A DNA stretch of 63,223 nt, filler included. It is 4 parts of 4 records of this genome, joined end to end, with 100 filler letters (N's around TTAATTAATTAA, not from the genome) between each part and the next. Parts side by side here need not be neighbours in the genome. Positions count along the whole stretch, not along the records: positions 1 to 12,522 come from SRR31147125_17266; 3 more parts are not named here. One strand, written 5' to 3'. Under the pieces are notes generated by a model. That model did not search any database and was not told where the DNA came from. It was given only the letters and a program-made list of their open reading frames with translations. This document shows, one piece after another, positions 1 to 10,260 of this stretch. Positions within the stretch are counted from its first letter, which is position 1; the number at the start of each line of letters is the position of its first letter. The position numbers and the translations under genes were made by a program.

Positions 1-903
1 AAAAATCAAAGAGAGAAATACAATCAATGTCGACAAACCAAGTCCGCGCCCCATCACTCTTGGCTCAAGAATGCTTCCAGCAACCGTATTAACAACCAAG
101 TAACCAAGTGCCGCTAACGCAGCTGAGCCCAACCCCAATTGAATTATAGCGAAAAGAACAGCAGGAATTGCCGCTATTATAGAACCGATATTTGGAATAA
201 AGTTAAGAAGAAAAGCTAACACTCCCCAGAGAAGAGGATAGTCAATCCCTAAAATCCACAACCATAAAGCAATCAATGCTCCAGTTGAAAAACTAAAAAT
301 AGTCTTGATAGCCATGTAGTGATTAATACTTTCAGTTATCTTTCCGAGTCTCTTCATCGATCCTTCAGGGTCATTTAGAGTCGCAGCCAATTTATCAGGA
401 AACGAAGCTGCTTCAAAGAGCATAAAAGCAACAATAAGAATTATCACAAAAATATTTGAGACCATTCCACTTAGTCCAGTGAGTGTGCTAGCAGCGATAT
501 TCATTATAGAACCGGGGTTAAATGACGATTTAATCTTATCATCTGAAACATCAATTCCCACACTTCTTAGCCAAGCAAAAAGTTCACTCGTTTTATGAGT
601 CAGACTTTCCTGGTACTTTGGCAAGTTTTCTGAAAAGGAACTAATCGAACTACCTATTATTGTCACAAAGAGAAGCCCCACGACTACTATTCCTAGAAAC
701 ACTATTAAAATTGCCAAGAAATTAGGGATTTTCTTCTTTCTTAACCAAACAAGAAATGGAGTACAGATTGTTGCAATAAATAATGCTAATAGAAAAGGAA
801 CCAACAGACTATGAGCTGCCTTCATACCAGCAATTACAATAACCAGCGCCGCCAAGGTTATAACCCAATTAGAACAGCCAAATATTTTAGACTTTTCTTT
901 CAT
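1..903 (-). CDS. AI-2E family transporter (TqsA/YhhT-like), 3' end runs off the window
   Basis: Not in the ORF track because it has no stop. Hand translation from ATG 903 gives MKEKSKIFGCSNWVITLAALVIVIAGMKAAHSLLVPFLLALFIA...LNFIPNIGSIIAAIPA...EPRVMGRGLGLSTLIVFLSLIF, typical AI-2E motifs. Confidence 0.9.
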   Translation of the reverse strand, partial: MKEKSKIFGCSNWVITLAALVIVIAGMKAAHSLLVPFLLALFIATICTPFLVWLRKKKIPNFLAILIVFLGIVVVGLLFVTIIGSSISSFSENLPKYQESLTHKTSELFAWLRSVGIDVSDDKIKSSFNPGSIMNIAASTLTGLSGMVSNIFVIILIVAFMLFEAASFPDKLAATLNDPEGSMKRLGKITESINHYMAIKTIFSFSTGALIALWLWILGIDYPLLWGVLAFLLNFIPNIGSIIAAIPAVLFAIIQLGLGSAALAALGYLVVNTVAGSILEPRVMGRGLGLSTLIVFLSLIF

Positions 904-1078
904 ACATCTCCCCCACTCGACACAAAACATTAATAGACTAAAATAGACTAACGAAAGCTACTTATACTATTTTTCGATCAATTTGTCTCGCCTCATTTTG
1001 TCATCCACGGGCTGCATTCCAGAGAGCTCTAAATAAATAACCCTTTTGGCTTCATAAAATCTATGATACCCTCCTCGA

Positions 1079-1678
1079 ATGAAAAAATTAGTATTCTACA
1101 TAATTGTCTTACTTTTTCTCATGACCTGCTCAAATGCCCAAGCCGCAACATCTAACAAGTCAATTCGTGCATTTCTCAACACTGTTGAAGAGACCTTATT
1201 AACTAAAACAAAAGCCAAGTCTCTATTTACCAGAGAATTTCTATGGTGGAACATACATTATGAGTGGAATTTGCATGACAAGAAATGGAATCTTAAGTGG
1301 TCCAATATCTCAACTGACTCGACATCAAGATCAACTCTGAAAAAGATTTTTGACCCAACCAATCTAAATGCTGAGCTTGAAACGATCAACATTCTACCGA
1401 CCACTGAGACATACAAAACCTCGTGTGAAATCCCTCGCAAATGGAAAAACAAATGGCTCATATGGAATGGAAATTATCAAATTGACGAGCTGAAAAAGAT
1501 TGGATTTGAGATCTCTCAAAATGAAGAGATCTCAAAACATAAAAACAAGATCATCAGTGGAGCTCTAACTATTCTCTACTTCAACTCCAAGGGACAAGAT
1601 CTCATTATTAATCTAGTCAGCAAGGGTGGTCTACTCAAAATCAACTATGGCGGCTTTAGACAAGAATGCGACACTTAA
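1079..1678 (+). CDS. Hypothetical secreted protein
   Basis: 199-aa ORF with signal peptide ending AQA; no recognisable domain. Confidence 0.6.
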   Translation: MKKLVFYIIVLLFLMTCSNAQAATSNKSIRAFLNTVEETLLTKTKAKSLFTREFLWWNIHYEWNLHDKKWNLKWSNISTDSTSRSTLKKIFDPTNLNAELETINILPTTETYKTSCEIPRKWKNKWLIWNGNYQIDELKKIGFEISQNEEISKHKNKIISGALTILYFNSKGQDLIINLVSKGGLLKINYGGFRQECDT

Positions 1679-1752
1679 CGCTTTATTCTATTGCATATAC
1701 GCTACTTATCATATAAAAACCTGCAAAACTTTAAACACTTGAGAGGTAGATT

Positions 1753-2070
1753 ATGGCATGGTTACTACTATTAGGCGCAGGGGTTCTTGAAGTTGCTTGG
1801 CCCATTGGTTTTAAATATTCAAACGGATTCACAAAGATCCTTCCAACAATACCAACAGCTCTAGCTTTAATGCTAAGCTTCTTTCTAATGTCGGTATCCG
1901 CCAAAACTCTTCCTATAGGAACAGTCTACGCAGTATGGACTGGAATTGGTGTCCTTGGCACAGCACTTTGCGGGATAATACTATTCCAAGAATCATATAG
2001 CGTATTCCGTCTGCTTTGTATCTTTCTAATTTTTGTAGGAATTGCAGGTCTTAAATTTACTACAAAGTAA
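1753..2070 (+). CDS. sugE: SMR family transporter, Gdx/SugE-like
   Basis: 105 aa, four TM segments, MAW...GVLEVAW (membrane Glu), LPIGTVYAVWTGIG; RBS GAGAGG. Confidence 0.85.
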   Translation: MAWLLLLGAGVLEVAWPIGFKYSNGFTKILPTIPTALALMLSFFLMSVSAKTLPIGTVYAVWTGIGVLGTALCGIILFQESYSVFRLLCIFLIFVGIAGLKFTTK

Positions 2071-2072
2071 AT

Positions 2073-3245
2073 TTAATCTCTGACAAGCTTATCCTTAGTA
2101 CCTATCGGCGTTGTATAACTGAGGACAACAACGTAACTCGATACTATTATCGTTACAATTGTTGTTAATTGAATCAACTGCGATGCTTCTGCTGAAATAT
2201 GCCCAAGTTCAAAGGCAAGCAACGCAATCAAAAGAGAAAACTCACTTAACTGTCCTAATCTTATACCAGCCTCTTTTGCAAAAGGAGTTTTTTCCTTAAC
2301 AATTCTAAAAAAGACTCTAAATAATAGAGGCTTAATAACAAGTAATATTGCACCGAGAATTAAAGCCGGAAGAAGAATAGATTTCATCACTAGGAAATCA
2401 AGCTTGGCTCCCAAGGTAAAAAAGAAGAGAACCAAAAAGAAATCCCTGATTGGTTTTAATTTTTCTGAAAGGAATAAAGAAATTGGCTGACGCGCCAAGG
2501 CAACACCGGCAAAAAACGCTCCTGTTTCAAAGAAAAGACCTATCGAGTATGATATTCCGGCTATTCCAAAACACCAAGCGAGCCCTAAGATAAAGACTAA
2601 CTCATGAAACTTATCAATCTTGAAAATAAGCTTTCTAAGTACATATCTTTCTACAATCATAAGAACAACTATCAACGCAATCAATTTAACCATTAAGAGA
2701 AGAAAACTGAATGCAACATTGTCCGTATTGCTTAAACTTCGTATGAGAGCTAGGATTAGAATCGCCATAATATCTTGAAATATTAAAATAGCGATGCACG
2801 TGGCCCCCATTCTTTCGTGATGCAATGTTGTCGTCGGCATCAGTTTAACAAGAAGAATCGTACTGGAAAACATAAGGGCAGAGGCAATAATTATACAATC
2901 TAGAAGGCTAAAACTAAATAACTTCACAAAAATAAATACAATTACAAACGATATAGAACAATTACTCAACGTAATTATTGCAGTCTTTTTAAAAAGGCGT
3001 ACAAGCTGTTCTGGATGCAGACATAGTCCGGCTAAAAACAGTAATAGAGTTATCCCTAAATGAGAAATCACTTCAACTGATTCAGGACTCTTTATCAAAC
3101 CCATCCCCCACGGCCCAATCAAAGCACCGCACGCTATGTAGGCGATAATAATTGGCTGTTTAAAGAGAAACGCTAGGATAGATAAAACTGCGGCGACAAC
3201 AACAATAATGCTTATATCAAAAATAAAACTCTCCATAGGATTCAT
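2073..3245 (-). CDS. CPA2 cation:proton antiporter (Kef-like, no C-terminal TrkA domain)
   Basis: Polytopic protein with LLLFLAGL, FSSTI, ILIFQD, GAFFAG, LGQLSEFS motifs. Confidence 0.9.
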   Translation of the reverse strand: MNPMESFIFDISIIVVVAAVLSILAFLFKQPIIIAYIACGALIGPWGMGLIKSPESVEVISHLGITLLLFLAGLCLHPEQLVRLFKKTAIITLSNCSISFVIVFIFVKLFSFSLLDCIIIASALMFSSTILLVKLMPTTTLHHERMGATCIAILIFQDIMAILILALIRSLSNTDNVAFSFLLLMVKLIALIVVLMIVERYVLRKLIFKIDKFHELVFILGLAWCFGIAGISYSIGLFFETGAFFAGVALARQPISLFLSEKLKPIRDFFLVLFFFTLGAKLDFLVMKSILLPALILGAILLVIKPLLFRVFFRIVKEKTPFAKEAGIRLGQLSEFSLLIALLAFELGHISAEASQLIQLTTIVTIIVSSYVVVLSYTTPIGTKDKLVRD

Positions 3246-3299
3246 GTTTTACCACAGATTTTATAAGTTATGAAGGGATATATTTTGAAGTTACTACTC

Positions 3300-3328
3300 A
3301 AAAAAAGGCTGGAATATATATTCCAGCC
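3300..3328 (-). terminator. Intrinsic terminator after the hydratase-like gene
   Basis: GGCTGGAAT/ATTCCAGCC stem with T7 tail on the minus strand. Confidence 0.75.
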
Positions 3329-3352
3329 CCTCAAAACAGTATGTTTAACAGC

Positions 3353-4174
3353 TTATTTTACACTAAACTTTATCTCTCCTAATGGACCAAAATTAGCAAC
3401 ATAACTTCCCGGTTTACCTGGAAGCATTTTTCCTAATGAACCTGTAATCAGAAGTTCACCGGGCTTAACTACCCAACCATTTTTTATTGTATTATTAACA
3501 AGCCAAAGTAATGCTTTCCACTGGTCACCTAGCGCATCTGATCCTTTACCAACGTTGATTAGAGCATCATTCCATCTTAGAGTAACATCAATTGAATTAA
3601 CATCTGTATCCTTATTAAATTCTGGGCCCATAATGTAGTGAGAAGAAGCCACATTTGCTGCGATTAAATCTATACCTTGTATTTTTTTTACATCCTCGAA
3701 ACCAATATCAGGCATTTCAATTACAGGGACAACAGCTTTGATCAGGCCCTTCAACTCTTCCACATCTTTGACCGGTTTTTTAATTACCTTCTCAGCAATA
3801 AAACCAATCTCTGTTTCAAGCATTAACTTTCCAATTTTTGAGCTATCAACTGTCCCACCAGGCTTAATCATGCCTTTCTCAAAAAGTACACCACTTGCAG
3901 GTTCAGTTACAGCAAACTTCTTTTGACTAGCTGTGGAAGTAAGCCCCGCTTTGAAACCTAGAATCTTGCACTTCTTCAGACGTTTTTTGACATAGGCTGT
4001 TTGGACATCATAAGCCATCTTTTCATTAAAATCAGGTCGAGTCTCAGAAATCAGAGGGATAGGTTTTCCACCCTCGTATGCCTTATAAATAATATTTGCA
4101 TCTTTTGACTTATCACTACAGGAGACCATCGCGGTCATTAGAAGAACTAGAAAAATACCAACTATACGTTTCAT
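3353..4174 (-). CDS. FAH-superfamily 2-keto-4-pentenoate hydratase-like protein with lipoprotein signal
   Basis: AYDVQ, GFKAGLTS, ETEIGF, ITGSLG motifs; start reset to 4174 (GGAGG RBS; MKRIVGIFLVLLMTAMVS-C). Confidence 0.8.
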   Translation of the reverse strand: MKRIVGIFLVLLMTAMVSCSDKSKDANIIYKAYEGGKPIPLISETRPDFNEKMAYDVQTAYVKKRLKKCKILGFKAGLTSTASQKKFAVTEPASGVLFEKGMIKPGGTVDSSKIGKLMLETEIGFIAEKVIKKPVKDVEELKGLIKAVVPVIEMPDIGFEDVKKIQGIDLIAANVASSHYIMGPEFNKDTDVNSIDVTLRWNDALINVGKGSDALGDQWKALLWLVNNTIKNGWVVKPGELLITGSLGKMLPGKPGSYVANFGPLGEIKFSVK

Positions 4175-4453
4175 AAAACAACCTCCCTGATTAGTTTCCA
4201 TCATTTCTACTATTCAAGGAGGAATTGTCAATAGATTGTTGTTTGTTTGGGACTTCTACTCACCCTCAGCTGCCTCAGGAAGCTCCTTAAGCCAGACGAT
4301 TGGCATTCCGCTTCACTTCTCATACTATTACCGGCTCTAAAAAACAGACAATATTGCTAATTTAGAAAGGTAAAGCAATGAATTAACACCACCGATTTTT
4401 CTTGTAATATCAGATATTTATGCTATAAGCGCTCCAAAAAGGGGGACAATTCT

Positions 4454-5932
4454 ATGAAGTTTTTTTCCGTATTTTTTTCTCTACTTCTTCTAAGCCTAGC
4501 GGCGTGCTCAAACCCATCAATTCCACTAACAGCTCCGAGACTAACAAATAATCCGAGTCAGGATGTTATTGTCACTAGCGCAAAACCGCTCTTCTCTTTT
4601 TTCAATGCCAAAGGTGGAAACGGAGATAGAACATACGAAATTGAAATCGATACGACTTCGACTTTTAACAGCAATGAAATTATTAAGATCAAAGATGTAC
4701 CAGAAAAAAACAAGCACATCTCTAGCAAACTGATCGAGAACGAGGCAATCAAGTTTCAAGATGGCAAAAGATACTATTGGCGAGTTCGTGCTGTTGACTC
4801 GAAGGGCAACAAAGGCCCGTGGAGCTCATCGCGATTCTATTTTGATAGCAAAGCGGATGACAGTTTCATGAATTTGGTTCGTGTTAACGTTGATGAAATT
4901 CAAGTATCAAGTGGCTATAACAAGAAAAACATAATTGATCTTGATGATCCTGGACAATCGACTTTTTGGCAATCAACACCACCAGGAAGCGACAATCAGT
5001 GGGTCTATTTTGATCTTGGTCGCACTCAAAATATCTCAAGAATTTGGATGCTGTCAAATCCATCTAGCGCAGATGGATGGTTAAAAGATTTTGTATGGCA
5101 AATGAGCCATGATGGGAAGAGCTGGAAAGATATTTCGGGAACTGAGATTAGCAATAACGACACGTTCCGAAACATCATAAACTTTTCCCCTGTCTCAACA
5201 AGATATCTAAGACTCTTCATAAAAGACTGGCATGGTTATGCAGTACAAATAAATGCAATAACAATCTACTCTCCTGGTAAACCTCCTGTACCAGAAGCTC
5301 CAGAGGGCAACTACGTTCTAGTCGTAGGAGATCAGCAAAATGGCTACACTTTTACAGAACTTTCACAATTTATTGAGGGTTTAGATCTTAGACTAAAGAC
5401 ATTAACAGTCCCCCACTATGAAATTTCCTTAGACATGGTTAACAAGTTGAAGAACAAACCCGTTGCAATTATATTAAGTGGAAACAACGCAAACTATCCG
5501 AACTTACCAATGTATGAGTACAACGGTGTCTACGAGTTAATTAGAGAATCCGACATTCCAATCCTAGGAATCTGCTGCGGCCACCAACAACTGGCAATGG
5601 CATATGGCTACACATACGCACACTCAATGGGCTGGGACGACATAACCGCGATGGATAAACTTAGAACAATGACAGAGATTAAGATTCTTAAAGACGATCC
5701 TGTCTTCGAAGGAATCTCTAATCCATTTATCGCAGTTGAGATACATGGATGGGCAGTTGCAAATACGGCAGGGATTTATGACGTGCTTGCAAAATCGACA
5801 TATATTCAGTCGATGAAAAACAAAACAAAGGATATATACGGTGAACAGTTTCATGCTGAAATCAAGGTCCCATACAATAAAGGAACACCTTATCTAGTAA
5901 ATTTTTTAAAAATGGCTTTAAACAAGAAATAA
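4454..5932 (+). CDS. Lipoprotein: FN3-like + F5/8 type C (discoidin) + class I glutamine amidotransferase domain
   Basis: Lipobox LAA-C; YYWRVRAVD..GPWS (FN3-like); QWVYFDLG..SHDGKSW..TRYLRL (discoidin); PILGICCGHQ and QFHAE (Cys-His-Glu triad). Confidence 0.85.
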   Translation: MKFFSVFFSLLLLSLAACSNPSIPLTAPRLTNNPSQDVIVTSAKPLFSFFNAKGGNGDRTYEIEIDTTSTFNSNEIIKIKDVPEKNKHISSKLIENEAIKFQDGKRYYWRVRAVDSKGNKGPWSSSRFYFDSKADDSFMNLVRVNVDEIQVSSGYNKKNIIDLDDPGQSTFWQSTPPGSDNQWVYFDLGRTQNISRIWMLSNPSSADGWLKDFVWQMSHDGKSWKDISGTEISNNDTFRNIINFSPVSTRYLRLFIKDWHGYAVQINAITIYSPGKPPVPEAPEGNYVLVVGDQQNGYTFTELSQFIEGLDLRLKTLTVPHYEISLDMVNKLKNKPVAIILSGNNANYPNLPMYEYNGVYELIRESDIPILGICCGHQQLAMAYGYTYAHSMGWDDITAMDKLRTMTEIKILKDDPVFEGISNPFIAVEIHGWAVANTAGIYDVLAKSTYIQSMKNKTKDIYGEQFHAEIKVPYNKGTPYLVNFLKMALNKK

Positions 5933-5950
5933 TTACAATCGGGGGAAAAC

Positions 5951-7356
5951 ATGAACGGTAAACCTAAGCACTATCTTTCAGTCTTTGTTCTCGCAATGAT
6001 GAATGTAGCTGTAGTTATGAGCCTTCGCGGTCTACCCATCATGGCCAAAGAAGGTCTTCCAATGATCTTCTTTCTACTATTCGCATCTCTTCTATTTTTG
6101 GTTCCTGTGTCACTTGTCTCTGCAGAACTTGCAACAGGATGGCCTGAAGATGGTGGAGTCTATCGTTGGATAAAGGAAGCCTTCGGTTCAAACTGGGGCT
6201 TTACAGCAATCTGGCTGCAGTGGATTCAAAACGTAATATGGTATCCAACTGTTCTGGCCTTTGCCGCCGGTGCCCTCTCCTACCTCTTCATAGATCCATC
6301 ATTGGCAAACAGTAAGCTTTTCAATGTCACAACAATACTTATCGTCTACTGGGGGGCAACCTTTCTCAACTTCAGAGGAATGAAGACTTCAGGAAGACTC
6401 ACAACAGCGGGAGTTCTAGCCGGAACCATTTTCCCAGGCATTCTTATCATTGGACTTGGCGTTGCTTGGGTAGTTATGGGTAAGCCTATTGCGTTCGAAG
6501 CAACATCAACAAGTTGGCTCCCAGATTTTAGTAATTTTAGCTCAATCGCATTTCTTGCTGGAGTAGTTCTACTTTTTGCAGGAATGGAAGTTGGTGCAGT
6601 TCATGTTCAAGAACTGAAGAACCCAAAGGGTCAGTTCCCAAAGGCCGTTTTTCTTTCAATGTTTATTATTATTCTTGTCTTTACATTTGGCTCTTTGGCA
6701 ATCGCATCAGTACTCCCAGCAGATCAAATCAGTCTTAATGCTGGTATAATGCAAGCTTTCAAGGACATGCTTCACCTCTACAACCTAGACTTCTTACTAC
6801 CTATCCTTGGACTGCTTGCTGCATTTGGTGCAATTGGTGGTGTTGTTGCTTGGATTGCAGGACCTTCCAAAGGTCTTCTAGCAACAGCAAAATGTGGAGA
6901 CCTTCCACCACTTCTTCAAAAGGTTAATAAGAACGGTGTCCAAACTCACATACTTTGGATCCAAGGAATTATTGTAACCATAATTTCACTTTTATTTCTA
7001 CTAATGCCAAATGTAAGTAGTGCATATTTCCTTCTTACTGCACTAACAGCAATTCTATATCTAATTATGTATATAATGCTCTATCTCGCGGCAATCGTAC
7101 TCAGATTTAAAAAACCAGATGTTCACAGATCATACAAAGTCCCTGGTGGAAAGCTTGGGATGTGTCTTGTTGCCGGCCTAGGTATTGCCGCAGCTGTCTT
7201 TGCAATAGTTGTAGGATTTTTCCACCTTCGCAACTTAAAATTGGAAGCCCTGCATTTTATATTATCTTCCTAGCGGTAGGTATTATAATTTTCGTGGGAG
7301 CACCTTTAATAATTCATGAATTCAAAAAACCAAGCTGGATACCGAAAGATCAATAA
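5951..7356 (+). CDS. gadC: Glutamate/GABA antiporter (APC family), 1-nt frameshift near 7221
   Basis: VMSLRGLP, SAELAT, GGVYRW, FAGMEV, IAGPSKGLL motifs; C-terminus PPSQLKIGSPAFYIIFL...DQ lies in another frame; directly upstream of gadB. Confidence 0.88.
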
Positions 7357-7366
7357 AGGAGGATCT

Positions 7367-8767
7367 ATGTTACACAAAAAACATAATTTGAAAGATTTTA
7401 CAGATAGAGAACTACTATTATCACCAACCTTTGGTTCTAGGGCCTTACAAAACAAAGTCCCAAAGTTTAAAATACCTAAAGGCGAAATGATGCCCAGGAA
7501 TGCATATCAAATTGTTCATGACGAACTGATGCTTGATGGAAATGCCAGGCTTAACCTGGCAACATTTGTCACAACATGGATGGAACCCGAAGCTAAAAAA
7601 TTGATGTCTGAAACTTTTGATAAAAACATGATCGACAAGGATGAGTACCCACAAACAGCAGAACTTGAAATGCGTTGTGTTAACATTCTTTCAGACCTCT
7701 ATCATGCCCCAGACGGAGAAGCCTGTGGTTGTTCAACAACAGGGTCTAGCGAAGCTGTTATGCTTGGCGGAATGGCTTTAAAGTGGAAATGGAAAGAACG
7801 AATGAAAGCCAAGGGAAAACCAACAAACAAGCCAAACCTAGTTCTCGGAGTAGATGTTCAAGTCTGTTGGGATAAATTTTGTAGATATTGGGAAGTTGAG
7901 CCAAGATTTATCCCTATGAAAAAAGGTAAATATGGGATTACTCCAGAAGAAGTAATAGAGCTTTGCGACGAAAATACAATTGGCGTTTGTGCCATTCTAG
8001 GAACTACATTTACTGGCGAATATGAACCTATTAAAGAAATCAACAACGCACTGGATAAGTTCAACAAAAAGACAGGTTTTGAGATTCCAATCCATGTAGA
8101 TGCAGCAAGCGGTGGATTCATCGCTCCATTTCTGCAGCCAAAGTTAGAATGGGATTTCAGACTTAAATGGGTAAAATCAATAAATGTCTCAGGCCACAAA
8201 TTTGGGCTCGTCTATCCCGGTGTTGGCTGGGCTATATGGCGCGACTGGGATGAGCTCCCAGAAGATCTAGTTTTTCATGTTAATTATTTAGGTGGTGATA
8301 TGCCAACATTTGCCCTTAATTTTTCAAGACCAGGAAGCCAGATCGTTGCTCAGTATTATAACTTCTTAAGATTAGGATTTGATGGTTATTACAGAATTCA
8401 AAAAGCATGTCAGGACGTTGCACTCTACTTGTCTGACAAGTTAGAAAAAACAGGCATCTTTGAATGTCTTACCAAAGGCAAGGATATTCCTGTCTTTGCA
8501 TTTAAAATTAGAGATGATGCTGATGTAAATTTTTCGGTTTTTGATGTCTCTGAGATGCTTCGACATAGAGGATGGCTACTTCCCGCATACACCCTTCCTG
8601 AAAATTGTGAAGATATTGCAGTATTAAGAATTGTTGTAAAAGAGGGGTTTAGTCATGATCTTGCAGACCTTCTTTTAGAAGATATTGATAGAGTTATAAA
8701 GCATTTTGAAACACAACCGGGGCATAAAGCCAGAACTCAAAAAGGAAAAGGCAAACTGCGCTGTTAA
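7367..8767 (+). CDS. gadB: Glutamate decarboxylase (PLP-dependent)
   Basis: NLATFVTTWMEPEA, KNMIDKDEYPQTAE, HVDAASGGF, SGHK (PLP Lys); start reset to ATG 7367 after AGGAGG. Confidence 0.97.
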   Translation: MLHKKHNLKDFTDRELLLSPTFGSRALQNKVPKFKIPKGEMMPRNAYQIVHDELMLDGNARLNLATFVTTWMEPEAKKLMSETFDKNMIDKDEYPQTAELEMRCVNILSDLYHAPDGEACGCSTTGSSEAVMLGGMALKWKWKERMKAKGKPTNKPNLVLGVDVQVCWDKFCRYWEVEPRFIPMKKGKYGITPEEVIELCDENTIGVCAILGTTFTGEYEPIKEINNALDKFNKKTGFEIPIHVDAASGGFIAPFLQPKLEWDFRLKWVKSINVSGHKFGLVYPGVGWAIWRDWDELPEDLVFHVNYLGGDMPTFALNFSRPGSQIVAQYYNFLRLGFDGYYRIQKACQDVALYLSDKLEKTGIFECLTKGKDIPVFAFKIRDDADVNFSVFDVSEMLRHRGWLLPAYTLPENCEDIAVLRIVVKEGFSHDLADLLLEDIDRVIKHFETQPGHKARTQKGKGKLRC

Positions 8768-8791
8768 TTTTTTGAAAAGATTTTTAAAGAG

Positions 8792-8823
8792 GCCCTACAC
8801 CATAAATGATGTAGGGCTTTTTT
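8792..8823 (+). terminator. Intrinsic terminator of the gad operon
   Basis: GCCCTACA/TGTAGGGC stem followed by T6. Confidence 0.75.
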
Positions 8824-8991
8824 ATAAATATTATCTGACATATATTACACTCCAAAGTCCAAGAATCACATTAGTCGCAAGAAGAGATATAAACCTATAA
8901 TATCCTATAGTTAGATTGTCCTAAAATATAAACACCTATCCCCCTATTACTTAATCTGATAAAATATCTTTTATATATCTGGGGGTGGTTA

Positions 8992-10260
8992 ATGAAATTA
9001 AAAAGCTGTTATCTCATATTGTTCATAATATCCTTTTTTATAGCATGCGGTGGAAGCTCAAATTCAGTAAATGACGCTGATGGCGAATTATCCGGTGCTG
9101 AATTCAGAGCAATTACAAATACTGCAGAGATCTTGGCCGGAATAGAATCTGATGGAGCATCAGGCACTCTTATTTTGGTGAATAATTCTAACTCCTCAAT
9201 AGAATCACCAACACTCTCTTTCTATGACTTAGAATCAGGAGAGGCCACAGATGTAGAAACTAGCAGCTCATCATTAGCAGCCGGCGAATCAGAGACATAT
9301 GAAATAGATTTTCCAGACAACTCTGCACCTGAAGACACGGATTTAATAGGTCTATCACTGGGTGATGATGAGGCTGCTATATTTATGACAAGCAGCGCCT
9401 ACTCAGAACTATCTCCTGCAATAACAGATCCTGATATTAGTGCTTCATTTTCAACAGCTCTTGTACCGCTTTCAGGTACTTGGAATTTTGAGATGGATCT
9501 GGCCACTTCTTATCTATCAGGGAGTAATTGTCCCAGCGAAGCCTTAAGCTTAACATCAAGTGGCAGCTCTTCATTGTATGTATCTCCGAATGGAAATACG
9601 GCATCATGGATTATTGAAACAAATGGATTATCGCTAAGCCGGACACCATTTCAAAACACATATACAACCCCTACATATACTTTCGAAGTTGAAACTGAAG
9701 ATGAAAGCATAGCCTTTGGGACCAATTATTGGGAACTAACACCAAGTTCTTCTACAGCAATGTCTGGAACCTTAGAATGGGATAACAATCAAGGCTGTTC
9801 AGCTTCATACCCTGTCACCATGACTCGCCAAGCAACCGCTAGCCCATTAATTTTCGAACTCTGCGAAGGGATGTGGTCTATTAATTACTCAATATCAACA
9901 TGTGGAGGATCCCCAGTCGTACCTGAAGCTCTCGGTGCTATGCCCAGTGGAAGCGGAATACTAGAAATAGTGAATAACCCTATAACTGATGAACCCATGC
10001 ACCTCTCTTTCGATACGTTGTCTGGATACCAAATACTGCCTCGTATAGGAAATACAAACATATATGGAACAGGTATTTCAAATATGTCGCTCGGTTATAC
10101 CTACGATGTTTTTGCGAATCCAATAAACCTAATAGGTGGATATCAGATGACTGCCATATCAGAATCTATGATTGTGGGAACAGTCAACATCCAAGGATTT
10201 GGAATCATACCATGTAATGGAATCGCTATTTTTACAATGGAATCTCTCTCTGGATGTTAA
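8992..10260 (+). CDS. Hypothetical acidic Ser/Thr-rich lipoprotein
   Basis: Lipobox-like FIA-CGGS; 422 aa, beta-rich, several Cys. Confidence 0.7.
   Translation: MKLKSCYLILFIISFFIACGGSSNSVNDADGELSGAEFRAITNTAEILAGIESDGASGTLILVNNSNSSIESPTLSFYDLESGEATDVETSSSSLAAGESETYEIDFPDNSAPEDTDLIGLSLGDDEAAIFMTSSAYSELSPAITDPDISASFSTALVPLSGTWNFEMDLATSYLSGSNCPSEALSLTSSGSSSLYVSPNGNTASWIIETNGLSLSRTPFQNTYTTPTYTFEVETEDESIAFGTNYWELTPSSSTAMSGTLEWDNNQGCSASYPVTMTRQATASPLIFELCEGMWSINYSISTCGGSPVVPEALGAMPSGSGILEIVNNPITDEPMHLSFDTLSGYQILPRIGNTNIYGTGISNMSLGYTYDVFANPINLIGGYQMTAISESMIVGTVNIQGFGIIPCNGIAIFTMESLSGC

Noticed and set aside
1679-1752. Guanidine riboswitch upstream of the Gdx/SugE-like gene
   Set aside because: Only 74 AT-rich nt; no twin ACGR hairpins or other guanidine riboswitch motif seen.
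4240-4340. GC-richer stretch upstream of the hydratase as a riboswitch or small ORF
   Set aside because: No recognisable aptamer or strong stem; the short minus-strand frames lack a convincing RBS.
7162-7356. 64-aa ORF as a separate small gene
   Set aside because: Its 3' part is the frameshifted C-terminus of gadC.
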